Part shown: positions 36,128 to 45,879 of the stretch, in pieces | Numbering within the stretch: position 1 is the first letter of the stretch | Layout of the letters: every line of letters begins with the position of its first letter | Source: Candidatus Methylomirabilia bacterium | Lineage (GTDB): Bacteria; Methylomirabilota; Methylomirabilia; Rokubacteriales; CSP1-6 | Direction of reading: 5' to 3' | Assembly: GCA_046758965.1 (NCBI GenBank) | Contig: JBHIBG010000010.1 | Coordinates: 1-56,743 of the forward strand | DNA length: 56,743 bases | Program-made: the position numbers and the translations under genes | Notes under the pieces: generated by a model | Seen by the model: only the letters and a program-made list of their open reading frames with translations | What the model was told of the DNA's origin: nothing | Databases searched by the model: none

Positions 36128-37069
36128 CTAGTACCCGCGTGCCGGGTCGACCAAGTGGCGGAGCCTCTTTCCTGAGAGGTAACGAGAGAGATTGTCGTTG
36201 AAGATCGGCGCGATCTCCTCTGGGAGGCTGGGCCCCGCGATGTGCGGGGTGATCACCACGTCCCCCCGTTTCCAGAACGGGTGGTCGAGGGGGAGGGGTT
36301 CGGTGTCGAAGACGTCGAGGATCGCACCGGCGATCCACCGTTCCTCAAGGGCCCGGAGGAGCGCTGGCTCCTGAATCACCGGGCCGCGCCCGACGTTCAC
36401 AATCCAGGCAGTGGGCTTCATCGCACGGAGCTCGCGCTCCCCGATGAGCCCTCGGGTCTCGGGGGTCAGGGGGAGCACCGACACCGCGAAGTCGCACCGG
36501 CCGAGGGCGCGCACGAGGCCCGAGGGGCGATAGGCGGCCTCGACCCACGGCGGTCGTCTCCCGCTCCGGCTGACCGCGGTCACCCGCATCCCGAAGGCCC
36601 GGGCGAGTCTGGCGACCTCCCGCCCGATGTCGCCGAAGCCGAGAACTGCGAGCGTCTTCCCGCGGAGCCTGTCTGGCGGGAGCGGCACCCAGCGTTGCTG
36701 CCGCTGGTTTTCCCGGATGCGCTCAATCCGCTGGGTGACCCACCCGCACCACGCCAGGGTGTACTCAGCCATCCACGGTCCGAAGACGCCGGGGGCCCGC
36801 GTGATGAGCACGGAGTCGGAAAGCTCCGGGACAACGAACTTCTCCACGCCGGCTCCCATGGCCTGGATCCACTGAAGACGGCGTGCCGCCGGGAGGAGCT
36901 CGGGCGGGAAGTTCCAGGCGTAAAGGATCTCGGCTTCTCCGATGACCCCGGCAGCATCCTCGGGGGTGGCGCAGGCGTGAAGGGTGATCGTGCCCCGGGG
37001 TGCCTTGACGAGCCGGGCGTAGGCCTCGGCCTCGTCCGGGTGATAGAGCAGGACGGAGCGGAAGGTCAC
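36128..37069 (-). CDS. D-2-hydroxyacid dehydrogenase
   Basis: WIQAMGAGVE, VLGFGDIG, VNVGRG, ILDVFDTEPL, ITPHIAG; GTG start overlaps the upstream stop. Confidence 0.9.
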   Translation of the reverse strand: MTFRSVLLYHPDEAEAYARLVKAPRGTITLHACATPEDAAGVIGEAEILYAWNFPPELLPAARRLQWIQAMGAGVEKFVVPELSDSVLITRAPGVFGPWMAEYTLAWCGWVTQRIERIRENQRQQRWVPLPPDRLRGKTLAVLGFGDIGREVARLARAFGMRVTAVSRSGRRPPWVEAAYRPSGLVRALGRCDFAVSVLPLTPETRGLIGERELRAMKPTAWIVNVGRGPVIQEPALLRALEERWIAGAILDVFDTEPLPLDHPFWKRGDVVITPHIAGPSLPEEIAPIFNDNLSRYLSGKRLRHLVDPARGY

Positions 37070-38037
37070 GTCCGGATGGCGGCGAGAAGTCGGTCTTCGA
37101 AGGAGAAATCCACCGGGGCGCGATCCAACGCCTCCTTCAGATACCACTCGAAGGTCTGCCTGAGGCCGGAGGCCAGTGTGTATCGGGGACGGATTCCGAG
37201 TTCGGTCCGCAGTTTCCAGGTCGTATGCACCGCGTGGCAGTCGTACACCAGGTTCTGGCCGAACACTGCCCCCCGGGGGTCGCCCCCCTTGAGGAGCGCC
37301 GGGTCGAAGTGGATCAGCTCGACGGGCCGTTCCAGGACTTCCCCGATCACCTCCACAAGGCCAACCTGGCTCACGGTCTCCTCCCCGGTGATGTTGTACG
37401 CCTGACCGAAGCTCGTCGGGTTCCCCAGCATGGCCACCATGGCGTCCACCAGGTCCTCCACATGGCCGAACTGGCGGAGCCACCCGCCGTGGCCGGGTAC
37501 CAACACGGGTCGGCCGCGAAGGATCCGGTCGAAGAAGAAGGTCTCGTTGTAGCGGGTGTTCAGTGGTCCCAGGACGTGGGTGGGTCGGACGATGGTGACG
37601 GCCAGGCCATGCGCTCGGTGGCGCTCCATCAGCGTATCTTCGCCGGCGATCTTCTGGCGCGCGTAGTCGCCCCAGTACTCCCCGCGGGGCGTGGCCTCGT
37701 GGTACGGGATGGGCAGGGTGTGGTCATAGACCCGCGCCGAGGACACGAAGACGACGTGCGGCCGGGTAGGCGCAACTGCGTCGGCCATGCGGGCGACATC
37801 CTCGCCGGTGGTGGGGGCGTAGGCGACGTCGTAGACCGCGTCGAAGCGCCTTTCGGAGAGCTGCGCCTGGAGGGTGGCGTGGTCCTTCCGATCCCCGATG
37901 ATCACCTGAACGCCGGGGAGCTGGCGATCGGTGCGGCGACCCCGGTTGAACACGGTGACCGTGTGACCATCCCGCACGAGCGCCCGAACCAGGTGCAGGC
38001 TGACGAACTCCGTTCCTCCCATGACCAGAACGTCCAT
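37066..38037 (-). CDS. NAD-dependent epimerase/dehydratase family protein
   Basis: VLVMGGTEFVS, FNRG, YARQK, VRPTHVLGP. Confidence 0.85.
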   Translation of the reverse strand: MDVLVMGGTEFVSLHLVRALVRDGHTVTVFNRGRRTDRQLPGVQVIIGDRKDHATLQAQLSERRFDAVYDVAYAPTTGEDVARMADAVAPTRPHVVFVSSARVYDHTLPIPYHEATPRGEYWGDYARQKIAGEDTLMERHRAHGLAVTIVRPTHVLGPLNTRYNETFFFDRILRGRPVLVPGHGGWLRQFGHVEDLVDAMVAMLGNPTSFGQAYNITGEETVSQVGLVEVIGEVLERPVELIHFDPALLKGGDPRGAVFGQNLVYDCHAVHTTWKLRTELGIRPRYTLASGLRQTFEWYLKEALDRAPVDFSFEDRLLAAIRT

Positions 38038-38129
38038 AGATCCTCCGGCGTGTTCGGACCTCGCTGTTCCGCCGTCCCACGATGAGAGAGCCCGCTCTCT
38101 TCCGCGGCCGATGCGAGGCGCTGACGAGA

Positions 38130-38375
38130 CTAGTCGATGGCGATGGCCACGCACGTGGTTGTGCGGATCACCCCTTCGATGACCCCGATGGCTTCTGTCA
38201 CCATCTGGCCAATGGCGTCCAGGCTTGGCCCTTCCACCACGGCGATGAAGTCGTAGGGACCGGTGACGGCGTCCAGGGATTGGATCGTGCACCTCCCCGG
38301 GTCGATCTTCGAGAGCGCCTTCTTGACGCCCTTGGTTTTCCCGGCGGTGGTCTCGATCAGCACATGGGCTTTCAT
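38130..38375 (-). CDS. Stand-alone Lrp/AsnC ligand-binding domain protein
   Basis: MKAHVLIET, DAVTGPYDFIAVVE, IEGVIRTTTC; GAAGGAGG RBS. Confidence 0.85.
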   Translation of the reverse strand: MKAHVLIETTAGKTKGVKKALSKIDPGRCTIQSLDAVTGPYDFIAVVEGPSLDAIGQMVTEAIGVIEGVIRTTTCVAIAID

Positions 38376-38388
38376 GGCTTTTCCTCCT

Positions 38389-39762
38389 TCACACCGCATC
38401 CCGTTTCGTGGCAGCCAGATAGTCGTGCTTTGCCCGATCCAGCTCGCCCAGAATCTGCCGGCGCTCGGCCAGGAGGCGGGCGGCGGCGTGGTTCCGGATC
38501 GTGGCCAGCGACGCGAACCGGAACTCGTGGCGGAGTCGAGCCAGCCCGCCCAGGTACCGATAGGCGACAAGCCCGCTCACGGGGAGGGAGGCGAAGAACA
38601 GCACCGCCACCTCCAGGGTGGTGAGGTGCCAGACGACCCAGGTTTCGAGCCCCCAAACGAGGGGAAAGAGCACCATCGAGGAGAGGAGCCGCGCTGTCGC
38701 GTAGTCAGTCTCTTTCGTTGTCAGCGTCCGGGCGAGCCAGCGGGGGCCGAAGTACGGCAGGGCATTGACGAGGGCACCGTAGACGAAGAGGGGGACTCCC
38801 AGGAGGGCTAGCCCGGAGCGGCCAAGCCGCAGGCGAAACGGTGGGGGAGCCAGCCGCCCGCGGACCGTCTGGTCCTTGATCCGGTACTTGGCGAGGAGCG
38901 CGTTATAGGCCAAGATCCGCTGCCAGATCCGCTCTACCCGATCAGGATCGCGCGACTTGAAGTAGTGGACCGCGGCGACAATCGCGCGAGAGAGTCGAAA
39001 GAGATCGATTTGCTGGAGGGAGAGGCGCCGCTCTTTCTGAAGCTCTCCTACCAGATCGCCCCGGTAGAGGGCCTCCACCTCTCGGATCATCTCTGTCAGG
39101 TCGATCCGCTCCACGTGGATAACCTGGGCTTCCATCCCCCACTGGATCTGGTTGGTCAGCGCGTCCACGGCCTTCCACGGATCGTCCCGGTATTGCTCCA
39201 GGTGGGGAGCGAGGGGGATCGGTTCGCCGAACGCGACCAGCACTCGGCTCCTGAACGACTTCCGAGCGTCGAAGTTGAGCCCGACCGGGATGAGCGCTAA
39301 GCCGAGCATCCCTCCCCGGCGGGCCTCAGCTTCCAGTCCCAGCCGCGCGGCGCCGGTCTTGATCCGCTGGACCCGAGGCTCCGCGTGAGTAGTCCCCTCG
39401 GGGTAGATCGCGATCAGGTGGCCGGCGTCGAACTCCTGAAAGCACGCGTTGAAGCTTGCCACGTTTCTGTCCATCTTGTCCGGGTCGTCCTGGCGGCGAT
39501 ACATGGGGATCACGCCCATCAGAGCGAGAAAACGCGCCAGCAGCACGTTCCTGAACAGGGCAGCCGTAGCAAGATAATGGACTTGGCGGGGAACCGCGGC
39601 GCCGAGCAGAAGGGAATCGATGAGGTTGTTGGGGTGGTTGGCGCAGAGCAGGACCGGACCCTGGCCGGGGACGCGCTCCGCGTGGCGCACTTCCACCGAC
39701 TTGAAAAAGAACCAGATCCAGAAGCGGACGAACAGTCGGACGGAGGCGTACAGCGGGTTCAC
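38389..39762 (-). CDS. Lysophospholipid acyltransferase family protein
   Basis: ANHPNNLID (HxxxxD), IYPEGT, KTGAAR, C-terminal TM helices; start approximate. Confidence 0.85.
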   Translation of the reverse strand: MNPLYASVRLFVRFWIWFFFKSVEVRHAERVPGQGPVLLCANHPNNLIDSLLLGAAVPRQVHYLATAALFRNVLLARFLALMGVIPMYRRQDDPDKMDRNVASFNACFQEFDAGHLIAIYPEGTTHAEPRVQRIKTGAARLGLEAEARRGGMLGLALIPVGLNFDARKSFRSRVLVAFGEPIPLAPHLEQYRDDPWKAVDALTNQIQWGMEAQVIHVERIDLTEMIREVEALYRGDLVGELQKERRLSLQQIDLFRLSRAIVAAVHYFKSRDPDRVERIWQRILAYNALLAKYRIKDQTVRGRLAPPPFRLRLGRSGLALLGVPLFVYGALVNALPYFGPRWLARTLTTKETDYATARLLSSMVLFPLVWGLETWVVWHLTTLEVAVLFFASLPVSGLVAYRYLGGLARLRHEFRFASLATIRNHAAARLLAERRQILGELDRAKHDYLAATKRDAV

Positions 39763-39849
39763 AGCTTCTACCGGGCACGAATACAAAACCTGACCGCTTG
39801 AGCCCACGGCCCTACCACGCGGCCAGTCTAGGGGTCAGGGGGAGGGATG

Positions 39850-40126
39850 TCAAGGCGACTCCCGGCCTGAGCTGGGCGGCAGGGGCGAGACGTCCACCAG
39901 GTAGACCTGCTCCTCCAGGCGGCCCTCCAGCCCGACCCGGTAGAGGTGCTCCAGCGCCCAGCGGAAGGCGGCCAGCGTCCTGCCCGAGCCGGTGGGCGCC
40001 ACGATGAGGGTGTGGTGGCCCTCGGCGATCGAGGCCCACCCCTCGCCTCGCGGGGGTGTCGGCTCGCCGAACTGGTCCTGGAGCCAGTCGCGGACGATCG
40101 GGAGAAAGCCCGGGGGCGCTGCTCAT
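39850..40126 (-). pseudogene. Remnant of an Lhr-like DEAD/DEAH helicase (5' fragment)
   Basis: After a frameshift near codon 5 it reads FLPIVRDWLQDQFGEPTPP..GW..IAEGHHTLIVAPTGSGRTLAAF...VSPL, then stops. Confidence 0.8.
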
Positions 40127-40341
40127 GCGGACAGGCTACCGTCGGCGATCAGGGGAGACACGGCCCTCCCCGGGCCGTAGCGCCGTGACCTGGCACCCAC
40201 TTGAGGAGGCAGCGCGCCTTCGACGGGCAGTGAGTTGAAGCACGAATACGGGGGTCGAAATTCTATTTTGAACATCGCTCGTATTTTTTTGTAATCTTGA
40301 ACCCGAGGCGGACTGGCGCGGGCCTGTGCAGGAGGTCTCCT

Positions 40342-41121
40342 GTGGTGAGAAAGAGAGATCGGGTCGGCTACGGGGTGAAACCCCCGTACATCCATTTCGG
40401 CGAGGCGCTCGACATCGTGAGGCGGATCCACGAGGATGCCGGGGGAAGCGTGTCGGAAGATCAACTGTCTGCCATCATGCGGAACTCCGTGGGAAGCAGC
40501 TCATTCATCCTCAAGATCTACGCACTGAAGGGGTTCGGGCTTGTGAGTCAGGAGGGATCCGGTAGGCGGATAGGCCTGTCCGACCTGGCTCGCCGGATTG
40601 TCGTCCCGACAGCTCCTGAGGAGAGATTTCGGGCGCTGAAAGAAGCGTTTCTTCGCGTCGAAGCCTACCGCACGTTGTTCGAACTGTGGGCGGGCAAAAT
40701 TCTTCCAGCCGAGGAATTCTTCCTGAATACGCTTCGTGAGCGCTGCCGGATCCCTCCGGAATTAGCAAAACGATGGAAGGAGAGTTTCATGAGCTCTGGG
40801 GCGGCTGCGGGATTGTTCCAGGAACGCGCGGACAGGAAGATTCAATTACGAATGGATCCGAACGGGTCTACCGCGGGGCGTTCGGTCGCGGGGCCGGCGA
40901 CATCTGCACAGGCGCAAGGCCCTGGAGAGTTCGAGAGATTTCGGGTGCCTCTCTTGAGGGGGAGGATCGGCGTCGTCGAGTTGCCGAAGGGCTGGACCGA
41001 CTCCGACATTAGGAAAATGCTTGAAGTGATCCGTGTAATGTTCCTCTGGGAGCGGCCGGACATGGACGCTGGTGGCAGCCACGCGCGCCCGAAGAGGCCG
41101 CGCCTCCCCAAGCGGAGATAG
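40342..41121 (+). CDS. Hypothetical protein, probable winged-helix DNA-binding domain
   Basis: AGGAGG RBS; PYIHFGEALDIVRRI..SSSF..ALKGFGLV..LSDLARRI pattern; more AT-rich than its neighbours. Confidence 0.6.
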   Translation: MVRKRDRVGYGVKPPYIHFGEALDIVRRIHEDAGGSVSEDQLSAIMRNSVGSSSFILKIYALKGFGLVSQEGSGRRIGLSDLARRIVVPTAPEERFRALKEAFLRVEAYRTLFELWAGKILPAEEFFLNTLRERCRIPPELAKRWKESFMSSGAAAGLFQERADRKIQLRMDPNGSTAGRSVAGPATSAQAQGPGEFERFRVPLLRGRIGVVELPKGWTDSDIRKMLEVIRVMFLWERPDMDAGGSHARPKRPRLPKRR

Positions 41122-41184
41122 CACCGGGGCGAAAAGTGGCCCGCCCCGAAGGGGGCGGGGATTCTGGTATACTTCGCCCTGCTG

Positions 41185-42462
41185 ATGGGCCGCCCGTTCC
41201 GGAAGCTGGCGCTCTCGGAGGCAGTGGGTTGGCTCCGGCCGGGGATGAAGGTGCTGCTCCCTGCCGGGTGCGCCGAGCCCGCGGCATTTCTTGAGGAGGT
41301 CCGCGACCAGGCTGACCGGCTCGCTCCGCTGACCCTGATGGGCGGGCTGCTCCTGGGCGACTACCCCTTCTGCCATCCGAAGTATGCCGGCCGTATCCGG
41401 TGGGTAACCTGGCAGCTCATGCCCCCCGCGGTCGAAGCGTGGGAGCGTGGCCAGGCCGAGCTGGTCCCAGCCCGCTACTTCGACACAGTGGCGCTGTTCA
41501 ACCAGGGCGGGCCGTGGGCCCCTGACGCCGTGGTCGTCCACACGACTCCCCCCGACCGGTTCGGGTATCTGAGCTTGGGGGTCTCGGTCAGCTACGTGCT
41601 GCCGGAGGCGCGGCAGGCGCCGCTGGTGATCGGCCAGGTCAACTCCCGGATGCCGCGCACGCTCGGAAACGCCTTCCTCCACCGCTCCCAGGTCGACGTC
41701 TGGTTTGAGGCCGACGACCCGCTGATCGAGTATCTGCCCGCGCCGCTCGGCGAGGTTGAGCGGGGAGTCGGCCGGCACGTGGCCAGTCTGATCACGGACG
41801 GAGCCACGATTCAGATCGGGATCGGCTCGATCCCTCAGGCGATCCTGGAGGCCCTGGGAGACAGGAGGGATCTGGGGGTACACTCCCTCGCCGTGGACCA
41901 GATGCTTCCTCTGATCGAGAAGGGCGTCATCACCAATACGCAGAAGTCCCTCCACCCCGGCCGCATGGACATCTGCGAGGTGATGGGAACCCGCCGCCTC
42001 TTCGATTTTGTCCGTGACAACCGCCTGATCAACATGGAGCCCTCGGACCTCGTGCACGATCCCCAGCTCGTGGGGCGGATCAGAGACTTCGTCTCCATCA
42101 ACTCGGCGCTGGAGGTGGACCTGACCGGCCAGGTGAACGCTGAGAGCGTGGGGCCGCGGCAGGTGTCGGGGATCGGGGGGCAGTTCGACTTCGTCCTCGG
42201 GGCTTCCCGCGCCCCCGGCGGGCGCTCCATCATCGCGCTACCGTCGACTGGCAGGAGAGGGAGCGTCTCGCGAATCGTGCCGAGGCTTCGGGAGGGGACC
42301 GGGGTCACTACCCCGCGGTACCTGACGGACTACGTGGTGACCGAGTACGGAGTAGCGGCGCTCAAGGGCAAAAGCCTTGCCGAGAGAGCGCTGGCGCTAG
42401 CCGAGATCGCCCACCCGGCGTTCCGGGAGGAGCTGGAGCGGGAGATTCCCGCTACTTTTTGA
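41185..42462 (+). CDS. Acetyl-CoA hydrolase/4-hydroxybutyrate CoA-transferase family protein
   Basis: SLGVSV, DGATIQIGIGSIP, SINSALEVDLTGQVNAE, SGIGGQFDF, VVTEYG. Confidence 0.9.
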   Translation: MGRPFRKLALSEAVGWLRPGMKVLLPAGCAEPAAFLEEVRDQADRLAPLTLMGGLLLGDYPFCHPKYAGRIRWVTWQLMPPAVEAWERGQAELVPARYFDTVALFNQGGPWAPDAVVVHTTPPDRFGYLSLGVSVSYVLPEARQAPLVIGQVNSRMPRTLGNAFLHRSQVDVWFEADDPLIEYLPAPLGEVERGVGRHVASLITDGATIQIGIGSIPQAILEALGDRRDLGVHSLAVDQMLPLIEKGVITNTQKSLHPGRMDICEVMGTRRLFDFVRDNRLINMEPSDLVHDPQLVGRIRDFVSINSALEVDLTGQVNAESVGPRQVSGIGGQFDFVLGASRAPGGRSIIALPSTGRRGSVSRIVPRLREGTGVTTPRYLTDYVVTEYGVAALKGKSLAERALALAEIAHPAFREELEREIPATF

Positions 42463-42679
42463 GGGCGCCGATCTTGTCGAAGATCTCTTGATCGGTGGGG
42501 AAGCGGTAGGTCTCGTCCTTGTCGTAGATGAGCTTGCCGTCCACCGTCACCGTGAACACACCGGCATGGCCCCCCTTGAGGGTGGCGGTCACGCCGTACC
42601 TGTTCTGGATCGCGGCCTGCAAACTGGAGGCCTGTGGGAGGTAGTCTCACTCGGTGCAGTATGTGATCTGAATGTTCAT
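42452..42679 (-). CDS. SelW/SelT/SelH (Rdx family) selenoprotein, CxxU motif, Sec at codon 11 (TGA 42649-42647)
   Basis: AGGAGG RBS; MNIQITYCTE-U-DYLPQASSL...GVFTVTVDGKLIYDK..YRFP, 75 aa; absent from the ORF track. Confidence 0.9.
42614..42632 (-). promoter_or_regulatory. Candidate bacterial SECIS hairpin of the Rdx selenoprotein
   Basis: GGCCT-C-CA-GTT-TG-C-AGGCC on the minus strand; G-starting loop 22 nt after the UGA. Confidence 0.55.
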
Positions 42680-42743
42680 CGCTTCCTCCTCGCTGAGACA
42701 GTTTTATGATACGGGTCTCGCGCAGTTCTGTCAAACCTGACGT

Positions 42744-43718
42744 ATGGCGATTCCCCTCCTGATCGATACCGACCCGGGGATTGACGACGCCCTGGCTTTG
42801 CTGTTGGCCTTTGCCTCCCCTGAACTCTCGTTGGAGGCGGTCACCACCGTGGCGGGGAACGTCCCGGTGTCGCGCTCCACCCTCAATGTCTTCCGCGTCA
42901 TGCAACTGGTGAATCCCTCCCGCCCGCCTGTGGTCGCCCAGGGAGCCGAACGGCCGCTCGTGCGCCCTCTTGTCTCCGCTTCCGATGTCCACGGGGAAGA
43001 TGGGCTCGGGAACCTGGACCGGTTCGTCGACCCTGACGGCCAGCGTCGCTACCCGCCTCCCGCCGGACGTCCCGCACCGACAGATGGGGCCGATCTGATC
43101 CTCGAGATGGCGGCGCGGTTCGCCGGAGAGCTGCTCCTGGTGGCGTTAGGGCCGCTCACCAATCTTGCGCTGGCGCTTCAGCGTGACCCGAGCCGCCTGG
43201 CCCGGATCCGGCGCGTGGTGGTCATGGGAGGGGCTGTGGCGAGCCCCGGCAATATCACGGCAGCCGCCGAGTTCAACTTCTATGTTGATCCCGAGGCGGC
43301 CCGCCAACTGCTCGGCGCGGGCCTTCCCATTGAGCTCGTCCCGCTGGACGTGACGAGGCAGGCGGTCCTCTCCCGGGCTGCCCTGGAGAATCGGCTCTTG
43401 CGATCTCCAGGACCGGTCTCCCAGTTCATCTCCGACTTCACCCTGGAAGGGTTTGCCCTCGGTGAGAGAAGAGGGGAGGGTGGTCTGACGCTCCACGATC
43501 CGCTGGCGCTGGCCGTAGCCCTGGATCCGACGCTCGTCACCTTCGAGGGCGTCTCCGTCGACGTGGAGTGCGAGGGGAGCCTCACCCGCGGCATGTCGGT
43601 GGCAGACCGCCGCCCGCGGCCGCATCCGTATCCACCGAACTGCCGGGTCGCAGTGTCCGCGGACGCCGAGCGGTTCCTCGAGTTCTTCCTCGACCGGGTA
43701 TGCCCCGCGTCGTCGTGA
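42744..43718 (+). CDS. Nucleoside hydrolase (IUNH family)
   Basis: DTDPGIDDA, VAGNV, HGEDGLG, GPLTN, AEFNF, LHDPLA. Confidence 0.92.
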   Translation: MAIPLLIDTDPGIDDALALLLAFASPELSLEAVTTVAGNVPVSRSTLNVFRVMQLVNPSRPPVVAQGAERPLVRPLVSASDVHGEDGLGNLDRFVDPDGQRRYPPPAGRPAPTDGADLILEMAARFAGELLLVALGPLTNLALALQRDPSRLARIRRVVVMGGAVASPGNITAAAEFNFYVDPEAARQLLGAGLPIELVPLDVTRQAVLSRAALENRLLRSPGPVSQFISDFTLEGFALGERRGEGGLTLHDPLALAVALDPTLVTFEGVSVDVECEGSLTRGMSVADRRPRPHPYPPNCRVAVSADAERFLEFFLDRVCPASS

Positions 43719-44623
43719 TCGGCTCCGCCAATATCGATTTCACCGTGGCAGTTCCCCGGCTGCCCGGGGTGGGTGAGACCATCTCAGGGGGGACCTTTCA
43801 CGTGAGCCACGGTGGGAAAGGGGCCAACCAGGCCGTTGCGGCGAGGAGGCTCGGCGCCGAAGTGCGCTTCGTGGGGTGTCTCGGGAAAGATCCGAACGGA
43901 GACCGGATCGCCGAGCGATTGATGGAGGAGGGAATCGCTCCTGGAGGGCTCATCCGTATTGACGATGAGCCCACCGGCATCGCCCTGATCATCGTGGACC
44001 GCGAGGGGCGGAACCAGATCGCCGTGGCCCCCGGCGCGAACCGGCGACTCCTCCCTGAGCTGGTTGAGCGGGAGAGGCGGCACCTGGCTTGGGCTCAGGT
44101 GCTTCTCTGCCAGCTCGAAACTCCGCTTCCCACAGTTCAGTGGGCCCTCGCTGCCGCCCGCTCCCACGGGGCTGTTACGCTCCTGAACCCTGCCCCGGCC
44201 TGCGCGCTCGCGGAGGAGACCTTGCGCCTGGTGGACTGCCTGACGCCCAATGCCAGCGAGGCGGAAGCCCTTACAGGAGTGGTTGTGGATCGTCCGGAGC
44301 AGGCTGAGGAGGCGGCCCGGCAACTTCTGGCTCGCGGTGTCGGGCGCGTGATCGTGACTCTCGGCGCTCAGGGAGCGCTTGTCTCGGATGGGGCCTCGGC
44401 CTCCCATCTCCCCGCTTTCCCGGTCGAGCCAGTAGACACTACGGGAGCGGGCGATGCGTTCAACGGGGCTCTGGCGGTGGAGTTGGCAGCCGGGAGGGCC
44501 TGGGGTGAGGCCGTCCCGCTCGCCAGCGCGGCCGCTGCCCTGTCATGCACGAGGCGCGGGGCCCAGACCTCATTCCCGGATCGCTCCGAGGTCGAGGCGT
44601 TCCTGAGGCGGCTCGAGCGCTAG
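43700..44623 (+). CDS. rbsK: Ribokinase
   Basis: GSANID, GGKGANQA, NPAP, PNASE, DTTGAGDAFNG. Confidence 0.92.
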   Translation: MPRVVVIGSANIDFTVAVPRLPGVGETISGGTFHVSHGGKGANQAVAARRLGAEVRFVGCLGKDPNGDRIAERLMEEGIAPGGLIRIDDEPTGIALIIVDREGRNQIAVAPGANRRLLPELVERERRHLAWAQVLLCQLETPLPTVQWALAAARSHGAVTLLNPAPACALAEETLRLVDCLTPNASEAEALTGVVVDRPEQAEEAARQLLARGVGRVIVTLGAQGALVSDGASASHLPAFPVEPVDTTGAGDAFNGALAVELAAGRAWGEAVPLASAAAALSCTRRGAQTSFPDRSEVEAFLRRLER

Positions 44624-45769
44624 CGCTCCGTCTCGTAGCCGCTCGATCCGGGCCAGCGCTCCTTCAACCTGGTCGCGCGAGAGCCTTCCTGAGGCGAGCG
44701 CGGCCGTGAGCGCCTTCAGCACGCGAGCCGCTGCGGAGGCGCCGCCCAGCCGGTCCTGAGAGATCAAGAGCATGTCGACCTCCGCCTCGAGAGCCAGGAG
44801 CGCGGCCTCCTCCAGCCCGAAGTGGTTCACGATGGCGCCCATGAGGAGATCGTCGGAGACCACCACGCCTCGGAAGGCCAGTTCTCCTCGCAGGAGGCCA
44901 TGAACAATCGGTCGGGAGAGCGTGGCCGGATAGGAGGGATCCAGCTTTCGGTTCACGACATGGGCGGTCATCACGCTGTCCACTAACCCCTCAGAGATCA
45001 GCGTGAGATAGGGAAGGAGCTCCAGCACGTGAGGAGCCGTCTCGGTCACGTCGACGAACCCGCGGTGGGAGTCCCCCCGGCTCGAGCCGTGGCCAGGAAA
45101 ATGCTTGAGCGCTGTCAGTACTCCCGCCGCCTTCATGCCCTTGAGAAAGGCCCGGGCGTGGGCGGTGACACGCTCCGGATCAGGTGCAAACGCGCGGCCG
45201 CGGGTGACGATCACCGGGTTCAGCGGATTCAACGCCAGGTCAACGACAGGGGCCAGGTTCCAGGTGATCCCCGCCTCACGAAGCATGCCGCCGATCCTCC
45301 GGGCTTCCAGCTCGGTCAGCGCCAGGTCTCCCAGCTCTCCCAGCTCCCGCGCGGAGGGGGTGGGCGAATAGCCCACGCGGGGGCTGAGGCGCATGACTTC
45401 CCCGCCTTCGCTGTCTGCGGCGATCAGGAGGGGGCGGCCCGCACACCGGCGAGCGAGGGCCTGCAGGTCGCGGGTCAACCTTCTCAGCTGCTGCGGGTCC
45501 GTGATGTTCCGCGGGGTTCCTGTGGCGATGTCCCGCTCGAAGAGAATCACGCCTCCCACCTTCAGGGTACAGACCAGGTGGAAGACCTCCCCGTTGCCTT
45601 CAACGTCTGTGCCCCGGAATCCCACGAGAAGGAGGTCGCCGAGCCGGCTGGCGAGGAAGGGGTCAACCAGGCGGGCCGTGGCGCAGCTGACGGTCAGGAG
45701 GGAGAGGGCCAGGAGGAGCGCGCATCTTCGCCCGAAATCGGTGGACACGGGCGGCCTTGACCCCCGCAT
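44570..45769 (-). CDS. nagZ: Beta-N-acetylhexosaminidase, glycoside hydrolase family 3
   Basis: GGVILF, ADSEGGEV, KHFPGHG..DSH, VMTAH, VSDDLLMGA; lipoprotein-like signal. Confidence 0.85.
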   Translation of the reverse strand: MRGSRPPVSTDFGRRCALLLALSLLTVSCATARLVDPFLASRLGDLLLVGFRGTDVEGNGEVFHLVCTLKVGGVILFERDIATGTPRNITDPQQLRRLTRDLQALARRCAGRPLLIAADSEGGEVMRLSPRVGYSPTPSARELGELGDLALTELEARRIGGMLREAGITWNLAPVVDLALNPLNPVIVTRGRAFAPDPERVTAHARAFLKGMKAAGVLTALKHFPGHGSSRGDSHRGFVDVTETAPHVLELLPYLTLISEGLVDSVMTAHVVNRKLDPSYPATLSRPIVHGLLRGELAFRGVVVSDDLLMGAIVNHFGLEEAALLALEAEVDMLLISQDRLGGASAAARVLKALTAALASGRLSRDQVEGALARIERLRDGALALEPPQERLDLGAIRE

Positions 45770-45879
45770 GGCGCCAGTGTATCACGCGCTCCGTTTGTTG
45801 TGTTTCGCGGCGCCGGTGGGGTATAGTGAAGCGAGTATGGTGAGGTGGCGTGGTGCGTGCGGCGGGAGGGGGCTCATCG

